From positions 736,001 through 800,000 of the forward strand of contig CAWDDT010000004.1 of assembly GCA_963801165.1 (NCBI GenBank): a DNA stretch of 64,000 nucleotides, given 5' to 3'. The notes beneath the pieces were generated by a model. That model was not told where the DNA came from. It was given only the letters and a program-made list of their open reading frames with translations, and did not search any database. Source of the stretch: an uncultured bacterium. Its GTDB lineage: Bacteria; Actinomycetota; Acidimicrobiia; Spongiisociales; UBA5794. A program made the translations under genes and the position numbers. Below, one piece after another: positions 1 through 9,868 of this stretch; positions within the stretch are counted from its first letter, which is position 1; each line of letters begins with the position of its first letter.

Positions 1-654
1 GACTACCCGTTGTGCCGCGGAAACGGCATCACGCACGTCGGGGACGGCGAGGATCGGCCATATCGACAGCGGCGGATTCGACGGGGCGATGACAACGAGA
101 TCGGCCGATTCGATGGCTTCCATCACGCCCGGTGCGGGTACCGGCGGCCCGCTCGTCATGTAGTCGACCGCGGTGACCTCATCCTCGTGACGTCGTATGA
201 CGAAGTACTCCTGAAACGGCAGCCACGATCCGTCCCGGATCTTCACGGTGGTCCTGAGCTCGGCGTCGGTAGCAGGCAAGATGTGTGCGTCCACTCCGAG
301 CGAGCGGGCGATCGTCGTGGTGATGGTCGACAGCGGCACCCCGGCGCGCAATGCTTCGCTGCGGCGCAGACACGTGGCGAGATCGCGATCGCCCAGCCGG
401 AACGAGACATCGTCGCCACGGCGCTCCAGCTCGGCCATCACGCCGAACGTGTCGCCGGCGATTCCCCAGCCATGTGGGCCCTCGATGCCGGCGAGCGTGT
501 AGGTCACAGTGTCGAGATCCGCCGCTACGTACGCGCCGTACATATAATCGTCGTCCCCCACGTTGACGACTAGCGTCAGTCGGTCGGGTGCGACGACACT
601 CGATAGTGCTCGTGCCATGCGGGCGCCACCAACACCACCACAGAGCACAACCAC
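1..654 (-). CDS. cofD: 2-phospho-L-lactate transferase (F420 biosynthesis); 3' end lies outside the window
   Basis: Not in the ORF track. Manual minus-strand translation gives VVVLCGGVGGARMARAL...NVGDD...IAPSNPPLSIWPILAV, typical CofD motifs. GTG start at 654; in-frame stop just upstream. Confidence 0.88.
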   Translation of the reverse strand, partial: MVVLCGGVGGARMARALSSVVAPDRLTLVVNVGDDDYMYGAYVAADLDTVTYTLAGIEGPHGWGIAGDTFGVMAELERRGDDVSFRLGDRDLATCLRRSEALRAGVPLSTITTTIARSLGVDAHILPATDAELRTTVKIRDGSWLPFQEYFVIRRHEDEVTAVDYMTSGPPVPAPGVMEAIESADLVVIAPSNPPLSIWPILAVPDVRDAVSAAQRVV

Positions 655-655
655 G

Positions 656-703
656 TCAAGATTGCTAACGACTTCAAGATTGCTAGCGACTTCAAGATTG
701 CTA
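656..703. repeat. 18-bp tandem repeat TCAAGATTGCTA(A/G)CGACT, about 2.7 copies
   Basis: Read directly: 656-673, 674-691, 692-703. Fills most of the cofD/GT2 divergent gap. Confidence 0.9.
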
Positions 704-724
704 TAGATCGGTCACAACTCCAGA

Positions 725-3499
725 ATGCGGCCTATGCCATCCCCCGGGACCCCACAACCTACCGTTGTTGCTGCCGTGCTCGCGCTCGACAGCGCCGACA
801 TCGCTGACACCATCGCCCGGGTGCGGTCTCAAGTCTACGAGACGGCGCGGATCGTTGTCGTCGGGTCGGGGAGCACCGGCCGCCATGCAGCCGACGGTGC
901 CGGGGTCGACTGGATGAGCTCTATCCCCAACCTTCTGGGCACGATCGATCACTCGGTAACGCATTTGTGGCTTTTGTACGCCGGTGCCCTACCCAGACCC
1001 GATGCGCTCGAGGCTCTCGTGCTCGAGTCGGAGCGCTCCGACGCCGCGGTCGCCGGCTCGAAGCTGGTCCGTGCCGATGACCCGGAGAGGCTGATCGCAG
1101 TAGGAATCGCGACGGACGTCTTCGACGTTCCCTACCTCGGTCTCGAAGACGACGAGATCGATGCCGGACAGTACGACGTCGTGCGTGATGTCGCTGCCGT
1201 GGCCGCCATCTCGATGCTGATCCGGCGTGACCTCGCCCGCGGGGTGGGTGGTCCCGATCCGATGATGCCACCCGAGGCCGCCGCCATCGATCTGTGCCAA
1301 CGGGCCCGGTTGCGTGGGGCTCGTGTCGTCGTGGTGCCGTCGTCCGAGGTGCTGTTTCCGGCGGAGCGGTTCCGGGCCGAATCGTGGCGGGAGGGGGCCG
1401 GGCGGATCCGGGCGATGCTCAAGGTGTACAGCCTGCTGACGCTCGTTTGGGCGATACCGCTGCGGTTCCTGATCGGCTTGCTGGAGGCGATCGTGAGCCC
1501 GTTCCTCGGTCGCTGGTTGCTGTTCGATTACCTGCGAGCGTGGGCATGGAACCTGTGGCACCTGCCCTCCCTGGTGAGGGAGCGGCTATCGGCACGCAAA
1601 GGCAAGGCGTTCGGAGATGCCGAGCTGTTCAGGTTCCAGATGCGTGGCTCCGCGGTCATCTCCGACCTTGGTAGCGAGATCGGGGGTCGTCTCCGCGAGC
1701 GAATCGACCGCAGCGACGGGCTGAGCCTCTCGTCCATCGGGAGCGATCTCAGGCAACCCGCCTTCATCGTCGGTGTCTTGACCGTGCTCATATCGCTTCT
1801 CGCCGTTCGTTCCCTGTGGTCCGTCGGGTGGCCCGCGGTCGGGCACAGCATGCCGTTGCCCGACTCGGGAGGCGCCGCGGTCGGGGCATACGCCGGCGGT
1901 TGGAACCCGGGAGGTTTTGGCTCGGTACAGCAGCTACCGCCGTTGGTTGGCCTCTCTGGTGGCGTGCAGTGGCTTCTTCTCGACTCGCCGCAGCTGGCGG
2001 CCTGGACTCTCAGCATGGCGGCGATCGTCGCCGGGATCTGGGGCACGGTCCGGCTGATGCGGGCCTTCGACATCGAGGTCGTTGCCGGGTGGGCAGCCGG
2101 TATCGTGCTGGTAGCCGGGCCTGCTGCCCAGGCCATCGGAGATAGAACGGCGCTCGGCCAGTTGCTTGCCCTCGGTGTGCTTCCGTGGGCGATTCGGGTG
2201 GCGCTTGCCCGCTGGCCACGCGGCCGGCTGCGTCGTCTGGGGCGTATCGCCGCTGTGGCGTGGGTCGTGGGTCTCCTCGGTGTTCTGGCACCACCCCTGC
2301 TCGTTGTGCCGGTAGGCGTGCTGCTCATCAACGCGCTGCTCCAGCCTCGCGGCAAGGCGGCATGGGTTTCGCTGGCGATTGGCATCATCGGGTCGGTGTT
2401 CGCCCTCCCGATCCTGCTCCCGTGGATCGCCGTGCAGGACCTGCACACGTACCTGACCGCCGGAAGCGAGTACTGGACGCCGGCGGTGATCCCTGTCGTC
2501 GCCATCGGCGCAGCCTTTCTCGCTGGTGTGGTCAGCGCGTCGGGTCGGCAGCTGAATGCGGTGCTGCTCGGGGGGATGCTCGTCGGTGCAGGCGCTCTTG
2601 TGGCCCGGGGATACGACCTGGGGCTGGGCAGAGAGGTTGCCGTATCCGGGCTTGCGGTTGTCGCCCTCGGTACTGCCCTCGTAGTCGGTGGTGTCCTCGA
2701 CTCGCTGCGCCTGGGCGAGATACACGGCTGGCGCAGGATCCTTCTCGGCGTGGGGACCCTGGGTGGTGTGGTCCTGGTGGCTCTGACCTTGGTACCGCTC
2801 TATCACGGCCGAGCATCTCTCCCGGCCGACCAGCTCACCGATTCGCTCCGCTTCACCGCCGCCGCCGAAGGCGATGCAACCGCATCGCGGATCTTGCTGG
2901 TTGGACCAGAGGACACCCTGCCCGGCGACTCGCGTGTGGTGCGCGGTGCGGCGTACCGGGTGATCTCGGCACCGGTTCCGGCGCTATGGGAGCTCGATCT
3001 CCCAGATCCGACGGGGCCGGACGACGCCCTGGAGTCGCTGTTGCTCGATCTGATCGACGGCGAGCAGTCGCGCGCAGGTGCGTCCCTGGCGTCTTTCGGG
3101 ATCCGGTGGGTAGTAGTAACGGGCGACACGCCGCTGGAGGCGGTTTTCGACGGCCAGCTCGATCTGGTTCGTCTCGGTGGGGCGAGGCGCCCGACGTTCC
3201 TCGTCGACAGCGACAATGCGGTGCGAGCGCTCACCTCAGGCGACGAGACGTGGACGCGTTCCGGTACCGGTTACGCGGGCGACGCAGCGGGCGGCGAGAG
3301 GGTGTTCGTCGCCGAAACCGCCAACACACGCTGGGGACCGGGGCCGTGGAGTCAGGTCGGCTGGGGCAATGAGGTGTCGGCGGCGGAGGGAACAGCCGGG
3401 TTCTCGCCGATCAGGCCGCGGCGCAATGAGGCCACTATGGCGGCCGGGGTATTTGCCTTTCTCGTGCTGTTCTCAGGTTTTGCAAGGAGGCGGCGATGA
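725..3499 (+). CDS. GT2-like glycosyltransferase domain fused to a large polytopic membrane domain; acidic motifs degenerate
   Basis: GT-A-like N-terminus (AGSKL, GQYD, DLCQRARLRG) followed by many TM segments; actinobacterial GT2-DUF5719 synteny. Confidence 0.75.
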   Translation: MRPMPSPGTPQPTVVAAVLALDSADIADTIARVRSQVYETARIVVVGSGSTGRHAADGAGVDWMSSIPNLLGTIDHSVTHLWLLYAGALPRPDALEALVLESERSDAAVAGSKLVRADDPERLIAVGIATDVFDVPYLGLEDDEIDAGQYDVVRDVAAVAAISMLIRRDLARGVGGPDPMMPPEAAAIDLCQRARLRGARVVVVPSSEVLFPAERFRAESWREGAGRIRAMLKVYSLLTLVWAIPLRFLIGLLEAIVSPFLGRWLLFDYLRAWAWNLWHLPSLVRERLSARKGKAFGDAELFRFQMRGSAVISDLGSEIGGRLRERIDRSDGLSLSSIGSDLRQPAFIVGVLTVLISLLAVRSLWSVGWPAVGHSMPLPDSGGAAVGAYAGGWNPGGFGSVQQLPPLVGLSGGVQWLLLDSPQLAAWTLSMAAIVAGIWGTVRLMRAFDIEVVAGWAAGIVLVAGPAAQAIGDRTALGQLLALGVLPWAIRVALARWPRGRLRRLGRIAAVAWVVGLLGVLAPPLLVVPVGVLLINALLQPRGKAAWVSLAIGIIGSVFALPILLPWIAVQDLHTYLTAGSEYWTPAVIPVVAIGAAFLAGVVSASGRQLNAVLLGGMLVGAGALVARGYDLGLGREVAVSGLAVVALGTALVVGGVLDSLRLGEIHGWRRILLGVGTLGGVVLVALTLVPLYHGRASLPADQLTDSLRFTAAAEGDATASRILLVGPEDTLPGDSRVVRGAAYRVISAPVPALWELDLPDPTGPDDALESLLLDLIDGEQSRAGASLASFGIRWVVVTGDTPLEAVFDGQLDLVRLGGARRPTFLVDSDNAVRALTSGDETWTRSGTGYAGDAAGGERVFVAETANTRWGPGPWSQVGWGNEVSAAEGTAGFSPIRPRRNEATMAAGVFAFLVLFSGFARRRR

Positions 3500-4884
3500 A
3501 GCGGATTCTGGTCGTGATCGTCGTCGCGGCAAGCATCTACGGTGCGCTCGCCCTCAATAGCCCCGACGCACCTGTCGGGCCCGATTTCACCGGCCCCGTC
3601 GAGCGGGAGTCCGCGGCATCTGCCACGGCCAGCGTTTGGTACTGCACGTGGGCCGCCAGCGGAGCACTGCGCGACTCGACTGCGATGATTGCTGCCAACA
3701 CGCCTGTTACCGCCTCGCTGACCCTGCCGCAGCAGATTGTCGGCGAGGATCCGGACACCGATCAGGTGATACTCAGCAGCCCCGGAGCGGTCGCTGTCGA
3801 CGTGGGCGAGATCGTGCGGCGTGGCGATACGCCGATGTTCGTCGAGTTCGACGGCGGGCCGGCGGCGGTCGCGGTCGTAGTTGAGAGCGACTCGTTGCTC
3901 ACCGGCGACGGGTGTCTTTCTCGCATCCCCAAGGTCTGGGAGCTGCCGGGCGGCAGCACCAGGCAAGGAAGGACGACAACAATTCGTCTCTTCAACCCGT
4001 TCCCGGAGATGGCAAAAGTCACGGTCAGCGGATCGAGCGAATCAGGGGAGACGGGCCTCGTCGATCTCCAGAGCATCGACATTCCCGGCCGTACCTGGCA
4101 AGACGTCGATCTCAACGGGCTGATTCCGCTGCTCAACGACCTGTCCTTCACTGTGACGACCAGCGAAGGCAACGTGGTCCCGTCGCTCGTCGTGGCCGGT
4201 TCCACCGACGAGGCAAGCTGGCCGGGGGAGGCTCCCTCGACTTACTGGGAGTTCCCGGTGGCGACCAGCAGCGCCGATTTCGCTCCAAGCCTCATGCTTT
4301 CGAACAACGGCACCAACCCGGCGAATGCGACGATCGACGTGTACACGGCCGACGGCGCCACTGCCGATGCACGCCAGGTGGTTGTGGACCCGTCCATCCC
4401 GAAACGGATCGATCTCAGCGATCTCGCTGACGGTGCCATGGGCGTGAGGGTACGTGCCGATGCACCTGTGTCGGCTGTGGTCCTTGCCGAGGAGTCGCCG
4501 GAGGCGATCGTAGCTACCGGCGAAACAGACACAGGTAGCAGCGAGACCCCCGGAGACCGCATCGCAGGCACGGTCGGTGCGTCGACGCCGGCTTCGACGT
4601 GGCTACTGCCCGGGCTCCAAGCCGTGGCAGGGGCCGATTCCACCGTGTGGCTTCTCAACACGGGAACCGATGCTGCGACGGTCGTGCTCCAGCCGCTGGG
4701 CAGCGGCAGCCTGCCCACCAACAAACAGTTGGTGCCTCCCGGAACTCTGCTCGGCGTGCCGCTCGGCTACGACGCGGCCGTTGGGGGGTACTTCGTCGAG
4801 TCCACTGCCCCGATCTCGGTTGCGTGGAGCGCCGAGGAGGAAAAGGGGATCATGTTCGTCTCCGGCACCCTGGTCGATGGGTGA
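3496..4884 (+). CDS. DUF5719-family secreted or membrane-anchored protein
   Basis: N-terminal hydrophobic segment, WYC motif, repeated LxNP-type beta-sandwich motifs; ATGA overlap with the upstream gene. Confidence 0.7.
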   Translation: MKRILVVIVVAASIYGALALNSPDAPVGPDFTGPVERESAASATASVWYCTWAASGALRDSTAMIAANTPVTASLTLPQQIVGEDPDTDQVILSSPGAVAVDVGEIVRRGDTPMFVEFDGGPAAVAVVVESDSLLTGDGCLSRIPKVWELPGGSTRQGRTTTIRLFNPFPEMAKVTVSGSSESGETGLVDLQSIDIPGRTWQDVDLNGLIPLLNDLSFTVTTSEGNVVPSLVVAGSTDEASWPGEAPSTYWEFPVATSSADFAPSLMLSNNGTNPANATIDVYTADGATADARQVVVDPSIPKRIDLSDLADGAMGVRVRADAPVSAVVLAEESPEAIVATGETDTGSSETPGDRIAGTVGASTPASTWLLPGLQAVAGADSTVWLLNTGTDAATVVLQPLGSGSLPTNKQLVPPGTLLGVPLGYDAAVGGYFVESTAPISVAWSAEEEKGIMFVSGTLVDG

Positions 4885-5254
4885 CCCGCTGCTCCGGCTG
4901 CTGCTCGTCGCTGCCGTCATCGTCGCCGCTGCGGGGTTGGGGTGGCTGGCCCGCCGGAGCCTTGTCGATCACCCGCCCGTGGACATCGCCGGTGCCGGCT
5001 TCGAGCCGGGCCTCGTCGTCTTCACGTCGACGGAGTGCGGGCGGTGCCATGACGTGCTCGCCGCTGCCCGGGCCACGGGTGCTCCGCTGCGTGAGGTCAC
5101 CTATGAGCTCGAGGCCGATCTCCAGGAGCAGGTCGGGGTAGTCGGAGTTCCCCTCACGCTCGTCATCGATCGCTCAGGAGCAATTGCTCGCCAGTTCGCC
5201 GGCTTGGTGAGCAGGCGCCGGTTGCGACGCACCCTACGCGACACGGGGTTGTGA
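4877..5254 (+). CDS. Membrane-anchored thioredoxin-like protein
   Basis: TM helix then FTSTECGRC (CxxC) and VPLT cis-Pro motif; start moved to ATG 4877, in frame with ORF 4577. Confidence 0.75.
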   Translation: MGDPLLRLLLVAAVIVAAAGLGWLARRSLVDHPPVDIAGAGFEPGLVVFTSTECGRCHDVLAAARATGAPLREVTYELEADLQEQVGVVGVPLTLVIDRSGAIARQFAGLVSRRRLRRTLRDTGL

Positions 5255-5320
5255 CCGCCGCCCCGGTCGACTACTCCACATATCCACCGCCGCCCGTGCG
5301 TCTGCCGCTAGCGTCACCCT

Positions 5321-5399
5321 CCTGATGACATGTACAAGACCCGATGAGATGTACAAGATCCCGATGAGATGTACAAGATCCCGATGAGATGTACAAGAT
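5321..5399 (+). repeat. 19-20-bp tandem repeat CCGATGAGATGTACAAGATC, 4 copies, ending in the DUF3499 start
   Basis: Unit ATGs at 5325, 5344, 5364 and 5384. Confidence 0.92.
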
Positions 5400-5599
5400 G
5401 TGCCTCCCCGGCGGAATCGGTGATGTCGTTTGACTATGCGACCCGAGCGATGTGGTTGACCGATATCAGCAGCAGCCTCGAACCGGGCACCGGCTACCCG
5501 ATGTGCGCCCTTCACGCAGCGCGGCTCGGCGCTCCGGTCGGCTGGACACTCACCGATCGCAGGTCCCCAATGGCCCGCCTGTTCGCCGTCCCCGCCTAG
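5384..5599 (+). CDS. DUF3499-family small Cys-rich protein
   Basis: MRCTRC...SFDY...W...YPMCALHAARLGAPVGW; usual position upstream of manB. Confidence 0.75.
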   Translation: MRCTRCASPAESVMSFDYATRAMWLTDISSSLEPGTGYPMCALHAARLGAPVGWTLTDRRSPMARLFAVPA

Positions 5600-5603
5600 C
5601 GAT

Positions 5604-5882
5604 ATGCCGATCGATCGTGAGGTGCTCGAAGCGGTCCGCGAGATGGAGGAGCCAGAGCTGCGCCGGCTCCTCATCCTGGCACGGGCGCGGCTCGAGACTT
5701 TGGGGGTCTTCGACGCCGCCAACGAACCGGAGGTAAAGCTGCGCAGACAGCTGGTGAAGTGCGGCAAGCCATCATGCACCGCCTGTCCGCACGGCCCGTA
5801 TTGGTATGCATACTGGTGGGAGGACGGCAAGCGCCGGTCGCGGTATGTCGGCAAGCTCGAGGAGATTCCCGAGATGGCGTAG
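5604..5882 (+). CDS. Small putative Zn-binding protein (DUF6788-like)
   Basis: KCGKPSCTACPHGPYWYAYW...RSRYVGK motif. Confidence 0.7.
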   Translation: MPIDREVLEAVREMEEPELRRLLILARARLETLGVFDAANEPEVKLRRQLVKCGKPSCTACPHGPYWYAYWWEDGKRRSRYVGKLEEIPEMA

Positions 5883-6045
5883 GAGAACGTCGATTTCTCG
5901 GCGTGTCGGTCGCCTGGATCCGATCCGACCGCGTTATCGACGTGGCGTCGGGCTCTAGCCGGAATCCGTCACCACGCACCCGCGACGGCGTTGGCCAGCT
6001 GCAAAAACCGCTTTCGGTGGTCGGCGACATGACTACTCTGGTGCC

Positions 6046-6255
6046 ATGAGTAGGAGAAGAGGTACGCCGGTTGCGCCGCTCCAGTGCCAGGCATGCGGCG
6101 CCAACAATGTGATACAGATCGAGTTGACGCTTCCGGATGGAACCGAAGTCAATTTCTGCTCGTGCCACGAATGCGAAGAGCGGTGGTGGGACCGTGATGG
6201 TGAGCCCCTCGAGTTGGACACGGTTCTAGACCTGGCACGTAACAGCCGATCCTGA
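6046..6255 (+). CDS. Small Zn-ribbon protein
   Basis: CQAC...FCSCHECEERWW; TACTCT -10 box 6 nt before the ATG. Confidence 0.7.
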   Translation: MSRRRGTPVAPLQCQACGANNVIQIELTLPDGTEVNFCSCHECEERWWDRDGEPLELDTVLDLARNSRS

Positions 6256-6303
6256 CTCAGGCCGTGTGGTGCGCATCGCGCCCCCGTCCCCGGCCACTTT
6301 CGC

Positions 6304-8549
6304 GTGACAGCATCGATAACACGTCAGACGACTAGCCTGCCGTCGGTGACACCCACCTCAGTCGATTCCATCGGGGCGACGCGTAACCGGCTATTGGTCG
6401 TTCTCGCGATTCTGCTTCCCACTGTGCTGATTCTGTTGATCATGCTCGGGATAGTCGCCAGCGTCACACCCAAGGATGTGTTCCCCTATTTCAACCTCGA
6501 CGTCCACTGGCCGTCACTTCTGTTGGCGAACACACCGACCGGAGGGGACATGGGGGCCCATGTTGTGCTCCCAGAGGTGCTGCGGGACTCGCTCCTACCC
6601 TCGGGCCGGATCCTGGGCTGGAGCAACTACTGGTATGCCGGCTATCCGGTCTTCTACTTCTACTTCCCGCTTCCGGCGCTATTCACTGTTCTACTCGATG
6701 TGATTCTGCCCTACGGCGTCGCGTTCAAGATCACGACGATCGTCGGTCTCGTTGCCATGCCTGCGGCCGGGTACTACCTCGTCCGCTCGATGCGCTTCTC
6801 CCGTCCGGTTGCGGGGATCGCCGCCGCTTTCGGCTCGATGTTCGTCTTCATGGAGAGCTTTGCGATCTTCGGTGGCAACATCAAGTCGACGCTCGCCGGT
6901 GAGTTCTCGTATTCCTGGGCGTTCGCCCTGTCCCTCGTCTATCTGGGAATGGTGATCAGAAACACCGCGAGGGAAAGCGATTCACGCCGGCGGCGGCTGC
7001 GGTGCTGGCGTTGACTGCGTTATGCCATATCGTCCCGACGCTGGTGGTGGTCGTGGTGTCGCTGCCGTTGTTCTTGCGTAAGAGCCGGCGGGCTCAGGTG
7101 GTGGGTTCCTGGGTGCTCGGGTTCGCGCTTGTCGCGTTCTGGGCGCTCCCGGTCGCGGCGCGGATCGCGGGCGGTCTCTCCACCGACATGGGGTGGACAC
7201 CACTGACCGGCATAAAGGGCGCCGGCATTTCCAATGTGGGTACGCCCTTTGCCAGCGAGTTCATTCCCATTGTCGTGCTGGGTCTGGTCGGGATTGTCTG
7301 GTCGCTGCTCCGCCGGGAAGACGTCCGGGTTCTATTGACCATGACGATCTTGCCCTTCCTCATGTACCTGCTGATCGGCGAGCAGGGGTGGACGATCCTT
7401 TACAACGCCCGCTTGCTCCCATACTGGTTCACGGGCTTGTTCCTGTTCGCCGGTATTGCCACCGGGCTGGCCGTCACCAGGCTCGCACGATGGCTACCAA
7501 ACAGGCACGAGAACACGGTGATCTTTGGCTTTGTGGCGGTTGCATTGACCCTGGCCATAACCATCCTCGGTATCCACGACGTCCCGGGCTGGGTCAACTG
7601 GAATTATCAAGGATATGAGGGTAAGAGCACCTTCCCAGAGCTACAGGCGATGATGAAGGACATCGACAAGCTCCCCGACGGAAGGGTCATGTGGGAGTAC
7701 GACAAGGAAGTCCAGGAGCCGTATGGGACACCGATGGCCCTCATGCTCATTCCGTACTGGAGTGCAGGGCACACCACTATGGAGGGCGTGTTCTTCGAGT
7801 CTTCACTGACGACACCGTTTCACTTCCTGAACCAGGCGGAGCTGAGCCGTTCACCATCGGAGCCTGTACGGGGCCTCACCTATCGGGTGGACGATGTCGA
7901 GCGCGGGATCAAGCATCTGGCGCTGTTCAATGTCGATTACTACCTGACCCAGAGCGAGGAGATGACGTCGCAGGCGAAGCAGGCAGGGCTGGAGCCGCTA
8001 GTCGAGACGGATGCCTACACGATATTCAAGCTACCGGACACGAATCCGATTGAAGTCGCGTCATCTGTGCCGATGGTTTACGACGGTGAGGGCGACTTCC
8101 TCGACGTGGCGCTCAAATGGTACGACGATGTTGACCATCTCGATCGCTGGATCGCAGCCGACGGTCCAGCCGATTGGCCCCGCTTCGAGGATGTTGCCGG
8201 TCCTTATGACCAGGGGGATACGCTGAACACGCAGAACGCGGTGGTGTCGGATGTAGAGATCGACGACAGCCACATCTCGTTCAAGACGACCGCGGTCGGC
8301 GTGCCGCATCTCATCAAGACGTCGTACTTTCCCAACTGGAAGGCGACCGGGGCAGAAGGGCCGTACCGGGCCGCCCCGTCGCTGATGATCGTTGTGCCCA
8401 CACAGGAGGAAGTATCACTGAATTTCGGGCGCACCTGGACCGAGGATATTGGGAGGCTGCTGACCCTGGCGGCGCTGGTCTTCATAGTCTGGTGGCTACG
8501 CCGCTCCCGTCATAGGGCCGGCGACGCCGACGAACTGGCGGCCGGATGA
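6304..8549 (+). CDS. PTPS-related / GT-C-like membrane protein, split by a 1-nt frameshift near 6966
   Basis: ORFs 6304-7014 and 7002-8549 join into one protein (TGGDMGAH, WYAGYP, GGNIKSTLAGEFSYS ... SYFPNW) if one base is restored at AACACC^GCGAGGGA. Confidence 0.75.
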
Positions 8550-8611
8550 CGTCGCCTCCGGGCGGAGAGCCGGCCGGAGGGTGAAGAGCACCCGAAGACA
8601 GGACAAGATTC

Positions 8612-9139
8612 TTGATCAAGTACATACGTTCGTTGCTCACCCCGACGGCCATCAGCCAGCTGGTCAAGGTAGGGATCATCGGAGTCGCCAACACCGTTGT
8701 CTCGTTTGCGCTTCTCAACGTCTTCCTCAGCCTGCTCGGAGGGACGAAGACCGTTGACGAGGGGTTCAACTGGGAGCAGTTCTGGGCGATAGCTCTATCG
8801 TTCCTCATCGCCACCGAGCTCTCGTACGTGCTCAACCGCCGGTGGGCATTCGACCTGACGAAGGCAGGCGACAAGGCACGCGAGACCGCTCACTTCGTAG
8901 GCATCAATGTGGTCGCCTGGGCGGTGACTCAGGCCGTCGTTGGGGGTGCAGACTGGATCTGGGGGCCGCTGACCCGAATCCAGCAGAACTTCTTCTACCT
9001 GCTCGCTTCGCTCGTGATAATCGTGCCGAAGTTCGCCGGCTATCGCGACATCGTGTTCCGCAAGGCGATCGACTCGCAGGCGTCACCAGCCGAAGCTGCG
9101 CAGCCAGATCCTGATGGTGTCGCGCCCCATCTCCCATAG
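8612..9139 (+). CDS. GtrA-family flippase-like protein
   Basis: Four TM segments; IIGVANTVV and SYVLNRRWAF motifs. Confidence 0.85.
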   Translation: MIKYIRSLLTPTAISQLVKVGIIGVANTVVSFALLNVFLSLLGGTKTVDEGFNWEQFWAIALSFLIATELSYVLNRRWAFDLTKAGDKARETAHFVGINVVAWAVTQAVVGGADWIWGPLTRIQQNFFYLLASLVIIVPKFAGYRDIVFRKAIDSQASPAEAAQPDPDGVAPHLP

Positions 9140-9802
9140 GGTCGTCATCGAGAGACCGCTCGACGAGCCTTTAGCGAGTGTGACCGGCGATTCCGCCATG
9201 GTGCCTCCAGCCTTGCGGATCCGGACCAGCAGCTCGAGGTCGAAGGCGTAGCGACGGGTCATCAGGTCGGGCAGGCTGTCCTCCAGCACGCCACGTCGGA
9301 ACACTTTGAGACCGGTTTGGGTCTCGTGAACCGGCAATCGGAACAAGACCCGATTCACCGCTACGAAGGAGCGGCTGAGGATGCGTCGCAGCAGCGGGTA
9401 GCGGCCGGGAGCCATCGCCGACCGCTTGGCCCCAACCAGGACATCGACGCCCATTCGCCTGAACTCGTTCAGGAATCCGGGAAGCTGCTCGGGCGGGAGG
9501 TCGAGATCGGAGTCGAGGAAAATGACCGTCCCTGCTCGGGAGGCGGCGAACCCTTCTCGCAGCGCACTGCCCTTGCCGCGATTGACCGGGTAACTGATGA
9601 CCGTGACGAATGGATGTTCCTGTGCGGCCTTCTCCGCCTGCTCCCTGGTGCCGTCGGTGCTGCCGTCGTCGATGACGATCAGCTCGACGTCGGGCCAATC
9701 GGCGACCACGGCGGCAACCCGCCCGACGTTTGCGGCGATCACTGGTTCGAGTTGGTACGCAGGCATCAGGATGGCGACACCGGCCGATGGAGAATGCGGC
9801 AT
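9083..9802 (-). CDS. GT2 polyprenol-phosphate glycosyltransferase (DPM1/GtrB-like)
   Basis: MPAY, DDGSTD, NRGKG, FLDSD, ETQTGLK, FDLELL motifs. Confidence 0.88.
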   Translation of the reverse strand: MPHSPSAGVAILMPAYQLEPVIAANVGRVAAVVADWPDVELIVIDDGSTDGTREQAEKAAQEHPFVTVISYPVNRGKGSALREGFAASRAGTVIFLDSDLDLPPEQLPGFLNEFRRMGVDVLVGAKRSAMAPGRYPLLRRILSRSFVAVNRVLFRLPVHETQTGLKVFRRGVLEDSLPDLMTRRYAFDLELLVRIRKAGGTMAESPVTLAKGSSSGLSMTTLWEMGRDTIRIWLRSFGW

Positions 9803-9868
9803 TGGCCCTGGAGTCTAGATTGCCCCGCGTGTTGGGCGACCTCGCTGCGACGAACGTAAGATCGTGCC

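Noticed and set aside
10-573. Plus-strand 187-aa ORF
   Set aside because: Antisense to cofD, which has clear motifs.
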